A stretch of 64,000 bases of DNA, taken from the IMG/VR virus record IMGVR_UViG_3300027969_000041. One strand, 5' to 3'. This stretch comes from a virus (taxonomy: Duplodnaviria; Caudoviricetes). This document shows positions 1-7,622 of this stretch, in pieces. Within the stretch, counting starts at the first letter, position 1; every line of letters starts with the position of its first letter. The notes under the pieces were generated by a model that was given only the letters and a program-made list of their open reading frames with translations, made no database searches and was not told the origin of the DNA. Position numbers and translations under genes: made by a program.

Positions 1-2
1 AC

Positions 3-176
3 TATATACACATATTCAAGTATACAGATTCAGCATGTGCTTATGAGGTATTCACTAGCAGTATAGCGGCAGGTGATTACTTATTAATAGAACCAGACAG
101 TCAGCATTATCGTGTAGTAATAGAAGGTGATACTGCTTGGATGCCTATATATTGCCGGCCTAGTCCTTTCCTATAA
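3..176 (+). CDS. 3' end of a hypothetical protein (partial, runs off window start)
   Basis: Open frame from window edge to TAA 174-176 (YIHIFKYTDSACAYEVF...CRPSPFL); not in ORF track. Confidence 0.4.
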   Translation, partial: YIHIFKYTDSACAYEVFTSSIAAGDYLLIEPDSQHYRVVIEGDTAWMPIYCRPSPFL

Positions 177-245
177 TACTATTAGTGTATTAAGGCGGTT
201 CAAACCATTATCAATTGCTGTATAGAGGCGGGACAGAACCCGCCC

Positions 246-268
246 AAACCCGTTTTATCAACGGGTTT
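246..268. terminator. Perfect 9-bp hairpin (AAACCCGTT-ttatc-AACGGGTTT), possible terminator or cruciform beside the DnaA boxes
   Basis: Inverted repeat read directly from the sequence. Confidence 0.5.
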
Positions 269-274
269 ATATTA

Positions 275-398
275 TGTGGATAAAGCTGTGGATAACTTTG
301 CTTAGGGGCAATGTGAATATCCTGTGCATAACTTTATCTACAGCCCCTTAATCTCTCGCCCAAAAAGTTATCCACAGCTTATACATCAGTTATCCACA
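275..398. promoter_or_regulatory. Cluster of DnaA boxes
   Basis: Perfect TTATCCACA at 275-283(-), 287-295(-), 368-376(+), 390-398(+); TTATGCACA at 323-331(-); near matches at 312-320(-), 334-342(+), 379-387(+). Confidence 0.8.
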
Positions 399-561
399 GC
401 TGAAAACGTGCGCAGCCCCGCCGTCCATCCCCACTATGTTCGAACATGACAGTATTATAACACGTTTCGGGCACAGTGTCAAACGGGCTAGCAAAGACCC
501 TGCTGGCATTGTGGGTATTTTTTTGAGTTGACGTTGTCGCCAAAGTGCGTTATAATACGCT

Positions 562-885
562 ATGATGAAAACAAAACGAACTGCCCGTAAAGACTGCAAC
601 TACGTTATCTACGTAGCCGAGCACAATGGGTCTGCTTACATTGGGCTCACACGTAAGGGAACTGTAAGCATAGCCCGAGCTGTCAAAGAACGGTGGCGTA
701 AGCATATCTCACGTGCAAAGCATGAGGATCGTGCGTGGGAACTGTACAAGTACATCAAATCGGGCAACTGGGACGGATGGACTCATACAGTACTAGACGT
801 CATACGGGGCCGTGCTGAAGCTTATGCATACGAGCGTGAGCTGGTGAAGCATATGGAGCCCGAGCTGAATGACCAGTACCTTTGA
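562..885 (+). CDS. GIY-YIG family nuclease (catalytic domain only)
   Basis: YVIY-x8-YIGLT motif, downstream R (ERWRKH), E (YEREL) and terminal LN; ATG only 5 nt after -10 box. Confidence 0.7.
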   Translation: MMKTKRTARKDCNYVIYVAEHNGSAYIGLTRKGTVSIARAVKERWRKHISRAKHEDRAWELYKYIKSGNWDGWTHTVLDVIRGRAEAYAYERELVKHMEPELNDQYL

Positions 886-952
886 AGGGTTATTGACACA
901 CTCTTCAACAGGTGCTATAATACACACATCAACAACGAAACAGGAGCGAACC

Positions 953-1438
953 ATGTCAAAGAGTCTGATACTGATGAGAGATGTAATCTGCATTTATCAT
1001 CCGCGATTTCAAGTCAGTAAAGATCTTCGTGCGTATGGCATGGAAGCTCCTGATATATTCAACATAGAGCGATTGGTTGAAGAGAGCTTGGCTGCTGTGG
1101 GCCCTTACCGATTTGTGGACGAAGAAGGCTATGACTTCACCGACTTCAGCGACAGCAAGACCACCACAATCAATGCCAACACACGAGTGGGCACAATCAG
1201 CAGTGTGGAAACAAAGATTGGGGCCCTGCGTATCACAGCATACAATCCATTCAAACAGTCAGCTGACTACTTCTACGTCAGCAAGAGAGACATGAAGTAT
1301 GTCAAGAGTCCATGCTATGGCAACAATGATCACAAAGAGCGTATCTTGTTCAAATACAGCTCCAGGAGCGATGCTTACGGCATGTTTGAAGACTACAGGG
1401 TCAAATCGTTTGAGGAACTGGCCCACTCAGCCAGTTGA
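953..1438 (+). CDS. Hypothetical protein, possible PD-(D/E)xK nuclease-like fold
   Basis: Start reassigned to ATG 953 after promoter 893 and AGGAGC; YDFTDFSDSKT resembles D...D-x-K. Confidence 0.55.
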   Translation: MSKSLILMRDVICIYHPRFQVSKDLRAYGMEAPDIFNIERLVEESLAAVGPYRFVDEEGYDFTDFSDSKTTTINANTRVGTISSVETKIGALRITAYNPFKQSADYFYVSKRDMKYVKSPCYGNNDHKERILFKYSSRSDAYGMFEDYRVKSFEELAHSAS

Positions 1439-1494
1439 CACGGGTGCCGTTTGGCGCTATAATACACACATCAACAACGAAACAGGAGCGACGG

Positions 1495-1698
1495 ATGTTT
1501 AGTTCAAATGCACAAGCAGAGTTCAAATGCCTGCTTAAGACCTTCTCCACTGCCAAACGAGCTGAGATGGACACTTGGGCTTTCTCAGCTGGCTACATGG
1601 AGAGCTTGGCGGACTCTATGTTCTATTACTTGCCCAAGCGGGAGCAAAAGGCCTTTCTCAAACAGATGCAAGCCGAAGTTGACAAGATTGCGGCTTGA
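1495..1698 (+). CDS. Early hypothetical protein
   Basis: ATG 1495 after promoter 1435 and AGGAGC. Confidence 0.75.
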   Translation: MFSSNAQAEFKCLLKTFSTAKRAEMDTWAFSAGYMESLADSMFYYLPKREQKAFLKQMQAEVDKIAA

Positions 1699-1736
1699 CT
1701 GTATAATACACACATGAACAACAAAGGAGCGAAACG

Positions 1737-2024
1737 ATGAAGTTTACACAAGCAACATGGACAGAGGCAAACGGCACTCACCTGCAGGGCTATATTAATG
1801 CAACTTACGACCAGTTGGTTGCACGTTTTGGACAACCTGATGAGGGCGGTGACAAGACTACAGTTGAGTGGGTGCTGGCCTTTGCGGATGGCACAATAGC
1901 AACAATCTACGATTGGAAAGAGTATGAGACGCCCATGTACGCTTATGATTGGCACATTGGTGGCAAGAGCAAAACGGCTGTCTCTCGAGTAACACAAGCA
2001 TTGAAACAAGGAGCAACTGTATGA
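1737..2024 (+). CDS. Early hypothetical protein
   Basis: Promoter 1679, AGGAGC RBS; LQGYI...ATIYDWK motif. Confidence 0.8.
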   Translation: MKFTQATWTEANGTHLQGYINATYDQLVARFGQPDEGGDKTTVEWVLAFADGTIATIYDWKEYETPMYAYDWHIGGKSKTAVSRVTQALKQGATV

Positions 2025-2302
2025 AGCAAGACTACACCATGTATATCTACAAGCGGGATGCACGTACCAAAACGGGCGAACGACTGTACAGTACTACTGT
2101 ATGGGCAGACCGTACTGAAGAAGGCATGCGACGTGAGTGCAACGAACTCTATGATCTGTACCCTGCAACCAAAGGTTGGCGTTTTGAGTACGTGCCCTCA
2201 ATGAAGACTGTACGCAACTTGATGTCGGGCAAGGACATTCAAATCCCACATGACACTCCTCGCTCATGTGATCCCTCTAGCGAACTCTACTGGAGCATGT
2301 GA
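2021..2302 (+). CDS. Early hypothetical protein
   Basis: AGGAGC then ATG 2021 overlapping upstream stop (ATGA). Confidence 0.75.
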   Translation: MKQDYTMYIYKRDARTKTGERLYSTTVWADRTEEGMRRECNELYDLYPATKGWRFEYVPSMKTVRNLMSGKDIQIPHDTPRSCDPSSELYWSM

Positions 2303-2466
2303 TGAAGAACGAGATTGAACGTTTGAACTTTGTCATATGGGCCAAGACTCGCTTCCCGGGCTTTACCACAAACGCCCAGCAATATGCCAAGGCCAATCGG
2401 GCATGGCGGGCTGTGGCACGTAAAGACCCTATGGTTGACAAGGTTATTAGAACCTGCTATAATTAA
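2302..2466 (+). CDS. Small early hypothetical protein (54 aa, MKNEIERLNFVIWAK...)
   Basis: GGAG RBS, TGATG coupling with upstream stop; below ORF-track cutoff. Confidence 0.6.
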   Translation: MKNEIERLNFVIWAKTRFPGFTTNAQQYAKANRAWRAVARKDPMVDKVIRTCYN

Positions 2467-2497
2467 GGCTACAGTAAACAACTAAGGAGCGAAACTT

Positions 2498-2704
2498 ATG
2501 CGTAAAGAGACTAACAGACTGTTGGACATGATTGAAGAGGGCTTGATTGATCCTCATGCGGTGGCAGACATGTGCCTTGCTTACATGAGCGAGGACGATG
2601 TGGCAGACATGATGCGGGCTAACGACCTGCTTGAGGAAGATGACGAGGATGACGGACAGCCCGACGAAGCCCAGGAGTGGGAATCGTTTGACGCTGACTG
2701 CTAA
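2498..2704 (+). CDS. Acidic early hypothetical protein
   Basis: Promoter 2435, AAGGAGC RBS. Confidence 0.75.
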   Translation: MRKETNRLLDMIEEGLIDPHAVADMCLAYMSEDDVADMMRANDLLEEDDEDDGQPDEAQEWESFDADC

Positions 2705-2714
2705 GGAGCACACT

Positions 2715-3095
2715 ATGACACGCTATTACGACGAACTGGCTGCTTACGAACGCAACGGATTTGATATCATTGTGGACAAATCATATGAAGACATGGATCC
2801 CAAAGACTGTTTTGATGACGACTGCTTCAACATCAAAGAAATGTATTCCGACATCGAGTGCGGGAACCTTGACTGGTTCATGCTCCGTGTCCGAGTTATG
2901 GTTGAGAACATCGAACTCAGTTCAGAGTTCTTGGGCGGATGCTTATACAAAGACGCCCGAGAAGTACTTACTGACGGGACTGCCGCAGACCTCATCGACC
3001 AAGCGATGGTAACAGCTAAGAAGGATGTCTATAGACTGTATAAGAAGTTCCAGGACATCAGCTGGGAACTTGATGCTGAAGGTTGTAATGTATGA
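2715..3095 (+). CDS. Early hypothetical protein
   Basis: AAGGAGC then ATG 2715 (in frame with track ORF 2631). Confidence 0.75.
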   Translation: MTRYYDELAAYERNGFDIIVDKSYEDMDPKDCFDDDCFNIKEMYSDIECGNLDWFMLRVRVMVENIELSSEFLGGCLYKDAREVLTDGTAADLIDQAMVTAKKDVYRLYKKFQDISWELDAEGCNV

Positions 3096-3328
3096 GCTAT
3101 AGACACATAGACGAAGTCATACAATGGGTAGGGACTGCATTCATCTTGGCAATGTATGCATTAATGAATTTCTTTCCAGAGTTCCGTGTCTACACTATTA
3201 TAACGGGACTCGGGGGTGCAGTCTGTTTCTTTGCGTGGGCCTACCGTGTGGCAAATAAACAACAGATGATTATCAACGGCGTAGCAATAGCCCTATGTGT
3301 GATAGGGTTATACAAAGCGTGGGGTTGA
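3092..3328 (+). CDS. Small membrane protein (about 3 TM segments)
   Basis: Three hydrophobic stretches in 78 aa; ATGA overlap. Confidence 0.7.
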   Translation: MSYRHIDEVIQWVGTAFILAMYALMNFFPEFRVYTIITGLGGAVCFFAWAYRVANKQQMIINGVAIALCVIGLYKAWG

Positions 3329-3359
3329 CAAAGTGGTAAAACCTTGCTATAATTAGCAC

Positions 3360-3586
3360 ATGGACAGTTAGAAAAGAGTTAAAGGTTACCTACACCGTTA
3401 GGGTCTTTAGGAGAGGAGCACAGGGGCCGCCCTACGCAATCCTAGAGAGCATGAAGGCTAGTGATACAGGCAACTGTATACGAGTTTGGCAGACGGGGTA
3501 TGTAGGCTGTAATGACGAAGGCAGATGCCTAGCAGACGGTGCTAGCGTCTAGTCCGGAGTTCCTTTACTCTTTTCTAACTGTCCAT
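3360..3586 (+). ncRNA. Unclassified structured ncRNA of about 227 nt
   Basis: Own promoter (3325/3348) with expected TSS at about 3360; no RBS-led ORF; 5' end 3360-3385 pairs with 3562-3586 (25 bp, one bulge); internal stems including a GCAA tetraloop hairpin. Confidence 0.75.
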
Positions 3587-3647
3587 TAGGGGTTGACAAT
3601 ATGGTAAAACCATGTTATAATATACACTTACACACTAAGGAGCAAAG

Positions 3648-3902
3648 ATGATCACAGCAGACACTATCGAAGTCCTAACTGCATATTCACCACAATACTT
3701 GACCAAAGCCGCACAGCTTGCAGGCTACAAGGGTCCAAACTTCACAGCGTGTAAGTTCCTGGGCATCACCAACGGTGGCCAGTTCTGCTACATGGCAGTC
3801 TTTCCAGTCAAAGGCGGCACCGACAGCACCAAAGTGTTCTTAAGCTATGACCATGATGAGGACAGGGTTATTGCAGACTACCAGTTGACAGAATGGGCAT
3901 AA
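3648..3902 (+). CDS. Early hypothetical protein
   Basis: Promoter 3593, AAGGAGC RBS. Confidence 0.8.
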   Translation: MITADTIEVLTAYSPQYLTKAAQLAGYKGPNFTACKFLGITNGGQFCYMAVFPVKGGTDSTKVFLSYDHDEDRVIADYQLTEWA

Positions 3903-3944
3903 GCTGTTATAATACATACATCAACAACGCACTAAGGAGCAACT

Positions 3945-4211
3945 ATGCAAGCACTAGCAAAGTTTATCGAGCAGAAGAATCACTGGAACAGTTTCTTTAA
4001 AGGCGAGCAGTATGAGATCACTACTGCCAAGGGTCGTCAGCGTGTTGCAGACATGATCGATGCCGCACTGAGCCCTGAGAACCTTACCTGCGATGGCGAA
4101 CTGCCCCGCACAGAAGTTAATCGTCGCTACAAAGAGTTGATGACTGCCGCCAAGCAACTGCGGAAGTTAGACCCTACTGTTAAGTTCTACGAATACGACA
4201 CGGAGATCTAA
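3945..4211 (+). CDS. Early hypothetical protein
   Basis: Promoter 3885, AAGGAGC; LSPENLTCDGEL motif. Confidence 0.8.
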   Translation: MQALAKFIEQKNHWNSFFKGEQYEITTAKGRQRVADMIDAALSPENLTCDGELPRTEVNRRYKELMTAAKQLRKLDPTVKFYEYDTEI

Positions 4212-4212
4212 G

Positions 4213-4374
4213 ATGAAAACAGCACACCCTAAACAAGAGCTGATAGATCGCGTTATCTATCAAATACAATGTGACTTGGAAGACAAAGACACCACCTCCA
4301 TCGAAGAGATGCTGTGGAAACTTAACGAAGAAACCCTTCGTGCCTACTTGCCCGAAGCTGACCCATTTATCTAA
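4213..4374 (+). CDS. Small early hypothetical protein (53 aa, MKTAHPKQELIDRV...)
   Basis: GGAG upstream, fills the gap exactly; below ORF-track cutoff. Confidence 0.6.
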   Translation: MKTAHPKQELIDRVIYQIQCDLEDKDTTSIEEMLWKLNEETLRAYLPEADPFI

Positions 4375-4384
4375 GGAGAATAGA

Positions 4385-4960
4385 ATGCCTAATTGGTGCA
4401 ACAACACATTGACGCTGGAACACGAAGACCCAGCAATGATCGCCCGTGCTAAGGCTGCGTTCCTCAATGGTCGCTTGCTGGCGGAGTTCATTCCTATTCC
4501 GGCAGACTTGAAGATCGTAGCAGGATGTGTAGGTGATCCTGTAGAACAGGCCAAGTTGGTAGAACAGACTGAGTTGAACCGAGTCACACACGGCTACGGC
4601 AACTGGTATGACTTCTGTGTCAACGAATGGGGTACCAAGTGGGATGTGGGTGGGGACGATGGTGTCCTCAACGACATCGAAAGCGGTATCATTGTCAGCT
4701 TCGACAGTGCCTGGGCCCCTCCTACTAATGCCTATGAGAAACTGCATGAGATGGGCTTTAAGATCCTTGCTATGTATTACGAGCCCGGCATGGCCTTTGC
4801 AGGTGTTTGGGAAGACGGCATTGATGACTACTACGAGTATGGCGGCCTAGACAGTGCAGGCATTGCTGAAGAACTGCCGTCAGCACTTGACGAGGCGTTT
4901 GGCATCAGTGAGAGTGTGGCGGAGTGGGAAGCTGAGAACGCAGAGGAAGAGGAAGAATAA
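4385..4960 (+). CDS. DUF1281/YubB-like ferredoxin-fold protein
   Basis: AAGGAG then MPNWCNN start; NWYDFC...WGTKWDV, FDSAWAPP, YYEPGMAFAG motifs. Confidence 0.7.
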   Translation: MPNWCNNTLTLEHEDPAMIARAKAAFLNGRLLAEFIPIPADLKIVAGCVGDPVEQAKLVEQTELNRVTHGYGNWYDFCVNEWGTKWDVGGDDGVLNDIESGIIVSFDSAWAPPTNAYEKLHEMGFKILAMYYEPGMAFAGVWEDGIDDYYEYGGLDSAGIAEELPSALDEAFGISESVAEWEAENAEEEEE

Positions 4961-4964
4961 CCCT

Positions 4965-4982
4965 AAGCCCGGAAGGGCTTTT
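4965..4982 (+). terminator. Intrinsic terminator-like hairpin
   Basis: AAGCCC-ggaa-GGGCTT plus TT directly after stop. Confidence 0.55.
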
Positions 4983-5041
4983 GGTTGCTCGTTTTGTAAA
5001 AGTTTGCTATAATACATACTTGTTTAACAGGAGCACACACT

Positions 5042-5485
5042 ATGCAAGCACTTAACGCACAAACTGTACAGCAGTTTATTGAATATACAGAAGACGGCTT
5101 TAATTTTGAGATAGTTGTTGATAAAACATTTACTACAGCAGGCGACGGCTTGTGGAGTAGCATTAGCAAAGCAGTATTTGTTGAAAGTATTAGTATGTTT
5201 ATTAGTACAGTTAATGATGAAGGCGATTTTTACGACGGCGATTTAGCTATTAACTATACAAACGCTACATGGGATAATGATGTAGACGGATTAATTTATA
5301 CTGACAGAGCATTTATTGCACAAGTACATGCATTTTTAATTAATGCGGGCTTTGATAATGAAGCTGTTAATGCTATTAGTTATAGCGAACAAGGAATGCA
5401 AGACGACGAGCGTGTTAGTTGCGACGCTAACGAGTTTGCAGATTATTTGCGTAATATTAGCAACGCTAAAATTACTGTTGTGTAA
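5042..5485 (+). CDS. Early hypothetical protein, proline-free, encoded without any TC/CC dinucleotide
   Basis: Promoter 4985/5008, AGGAGC RBS; DGLIYTD and YSEQGMQ motifs; about 36% GC. Confidence 0.85.
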   Translation: MQALNAQTVQQFIEYTEDGFNFEIVVDKTFTTAGDGLWSSISKAVFVESISMFISTVNDEGDFYDGDLAINYTNATWDNDVDGLIYTDRAFIAQVHAFLINAGFDNEAVNAISYSEQGMQDDERVSCDANEFADYLRNISNAKITVV

Positions 5486-5494
5486 AAACAACAC

Positions 5495-5521
5495 AAAGAC
5501 CCTACACAGCGTAGGGTCTTT
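5495..5521 (+). terminator. Stem-loop between gene end and next promoter
   Basis: AAAGACCCTA-cacagcg-TAGGGTCTTT, perfect 10-bp stem. Confidence 0.65.
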
Positions 5522-5579
5522 GGTTGACAGAATGGTAAAACCGCTGTATAATTAGCACATACACTAAAAAGGAGCAACT

Positions 5580-5840
5580 ATGTTAGATCTAAGCAGAGTC
5601 TACAAAGTTTACAACGGCCGGGCCAACTCTTGTTGCTGTGGCTGTTCGGGCAAGTATGCCACAGCGTTGGTCCACAAGGCCTATGCTGACCAAGACAGGG
5701 GCTATGTTGTTGACGATGTCAACGATGAGACTGTACGCAAGATCGTAGGCAAGATCCTAAGTGCCGCTGATCCCAAGGACGAGGGCGATCATGTCCACGC
5801 AACTGTAGGCAAAAGATTGTTGGTCGCTTACTACAAATAA
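5580..5840 (+). CDS. Early hypothetical protein with Cys cluster (SCCCGCSG)
   Basis: Promoter 5524, AAGGAGC RBS. Confidence 0.8.
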   Translation: MLDLSRVYKVYNGRANSCCCGCSGKYATALVHKAYADQDRGYVVDDVNDETVRKIVGKILSAADPKDEGDHVHATVGKRLLVAYYK

Positions 5841-5906
5841 TGGTTGACAACATGGTAAAACCATGTTATAATTAACACTTACACAGCAACACACTAGGAG
5901 CACAAA

Positions 5907-6389
5907 ATGGGAACACGAAGCACTATTGCATTGGAATTCGCAGACAAGTCAGTTGAGCAGGTCTACTGCCACTGGGACGGCTACTTGGAGCACAACGGTC
6001 AACTCTTGTTGAAACATTATAGCAACCCTTTCATCTTGCGTGACTTGATCGACTTGGGAGACATTAGCTCGCTCAAGCCCACAGTTGGTACCAAGCACGC
6101 CTTTAGTCACTTTGACACAGAGATGAAGCAAGAGGAATACGATGCTCTCTACAGAGATATGACTACCTTCTACGGACGCGATCGCGGCGAGACAGGTTGC
6201 GAGTCTAAGAAGTTTGTTGACTTCCAGGACTACCTGGCTCATCACCAGTACGAGGAATACGAGTACATCCTGCGTCAAGTCAACGGGGAGGCTGTTTGGT
6301 ATGTTAAGTGCCACGACAACGAGTATGTTACATTGAAGTCTGCAATCGCAGACGAACAAGATCAAATTGCACAAGAGGAGACAGTATGA
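5907..6389 (+). CDS. Early hypothetical protein
   Basis: Promoter 5844, AGGAGC; MGTRS...VYCHWDGY motif typical of phage early hypotheticals. Confidence 0.8.
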   Translation: MGTRSTIALEFADKSVEQVYCHWDGYLEHNGQLLLKHYSNPFILRDLIDLGDISSLKPTVGTKHAFSHFDTEMKQEEYDALYRDMTTFYGRDRGETGCESKKFVDFQDYLAHHQYEEYEYILRQVNGEAVWYVKCHDNEYVTLKSAIADEQDQIAQEETV

Positions 6390-6568
6390 GCAAGATGGCA
6401 GAACTGAGTTACGATATGGAGCAACTGTACATTGAAGGCATGAGTGCCAAACAGATTGCTCAAGAGTTGATGTGCCCAATAGAATTGGTATTGGGCTTTT
6501 TGGAAGAACTGGGTGTGGCAGATTCGCCACAGGAGGTGTTTGATCCATTCGAAACAATCAACTCTTAA
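6386..6568 (+). CDS. Early hypothetical protein, possible HTH-like
   Basis: GAGGAG then ATG 6386; GMSAKQIAQELMCP. Confidence 0.65.
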   Translation: MSKMAELSYDMEQLYIEGMSAKQIAQELMCPIELVLGFLEELGVADSPQEVFDPFETINS

Positions 6569-6663
6569 CCCAAAAAACGGTTGACACCACCGTCCAAAGG
6601 TGTTACAATTAATTAATGCGAAAAAGTTCGCAGGTACACACAGACTAACACAAAGGAAATTTT

Positions 6664-7068
6664 ATGTCTAAATCTTTTACACATGCTGGCGTTTCTAAAC
6701 TGGACGGCGAGTTCAAAGTCCGTTTCGCCAATGACTCACTTCGTACTAAGGTCTTGATCAAGAACGGTCACACTGACATCGACATCATCGAACTCAAACA
6801 CGCTATGACCAAGGAAGATGCTGTTGCATTCCTGATCAGCATTGACTTCGACAACGGCAACGCCGCTGTGCGAGCTGCACTAGAAGTAGAAGTTGACAAG
6901 CGTTCACCTAAAGCTGCTTCTAAGGACAAGCCTAAGAAGGAAGCTAAGAAGCCCAAGAAGGCTCCTGCCACTAAGCCTACCTTGGAAGCTATCCGCGCCA
7001 AGGCTCCTACTAAGTCCAAGGCTGAGATTGTTGCTCAGTTGGCTGACTTGGAAGACGCACCTTACTGA
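6664..7068 (+). CDS. Hypothetical protein with Lys/Ala/Pro-rich C-terminal tail
   Basis: Promoter 6581/6604, AAAGGA RBS; strongly biased codons. Confidence 0.8.
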   Translation: MSKSFTHAGVSKLDGEFKVRFANDSLRTKVLIKNGHTDIDIIELKHAMTKEDAVAFLISIDFDNGNAAVRAALEVEVDKRSPKAASKDKPKKEAKKPKKAPATKPTLEAIRAKAPTKSKAEIVAQLADLEDAPY

Positions 7069-7146
7069 TCCCCTGCAGTGTGCGTAGCGGCAGTGCCAAT
7101 AAGTCCGCTTCGATAAAACCTACTGCGGGGTATTCAAGGAAACACT

Positions 7147-7338
7147 ATGAGCGAACTAATTAAAATCATTCTTATTGTTGTACTGGTCATCTTACTGCTG
7201 ATCTTTGGGCCGATTGCAACCATCTGGGCACTCAATACATTATTCCCAGTACTGGCTATCCCTTACACCTTTGACACCTGGTGTGCAATAGTTCTTGTAG
7301 GTGCCTTCCTTAGAGCAAATGTTACGGTGAAAAAATGA
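7147..7338 (+). CDS. Small membrane protein
   Basis: AAGGA RBS; two hydrophobic segments. Confidence 0.7.
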   Translation: MSELIKIILIVVLVILLLIFGPIATIWALNTLFPVLAIPYTFDTWCAIVLVGAFLRANVTVKK

Positions 7339-7553
7339 GTAGACTACAATTACACGGAAGACAATGGGTTGTGTTCAACGCCCAAAACAAAGAACATCGT
7401 CAATGGTTTGCCGAGTTCAATCGTACAGCCAAATGGGGCAACTGTCCTGTTCGCTTTGTGGTCAACGATGATCACGGTGATCTGATCACACAGATCCAAC
7501 GAGAGTTGATTGCTCACTATGTGGGCAAAGAATTTGGCAAATTTAATCATTGA
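7335..7553 (+). CDS. Early hypothetical protein
   Basis: ATGA overlap with upstream gene. Confidence 0.7.
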   Translation: MSRLQLHGRQWVVFNAQNKEHRQWFAEFNRTAKWGNCPVRFVVNDDHGDLITQIQRELIAHYVGKEFGKFNH

Positions 7554-7622
7554 CCTAGATTAGATATAGTGTTAAACTAGTATCAACTGCTAACACAGTA
7601 TAAAACAAAAAGGAAAACTAAA

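Noticed and set aside
3361-3585. 3360-3586 element as a MITE (TG...CA terminal inverted repeats)
   Set aside because: No target-site duplication, the left end coincides with the predicted TSS, and the interior is richly base-paired; kept only as a fallback.
3360-3586. Retron or DGR system
   Set aside because: No reverse transcriptase in the window, no long msd-like hairpin, and no TR/VR pair with adenine-specific differences seen.
4991-5500. YC absence explained as low-GC horizontal transfer or avoidance of transcription-blocking UV dimers
   Set aside because: AT-rich late genes still contain TC/CC, TT is abundant, and the template strand retains TC/CC, so neither explains a strand-specific zero.
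7066-7130. Hammerhead/pistol ribozyme or tRNA
   Set aside because: CTGATCC is not the CUGAnGA core, there is no matching GAAA, and no T-loop/CCA cloverleaf; no tRNA was recognised anywhere in the window.
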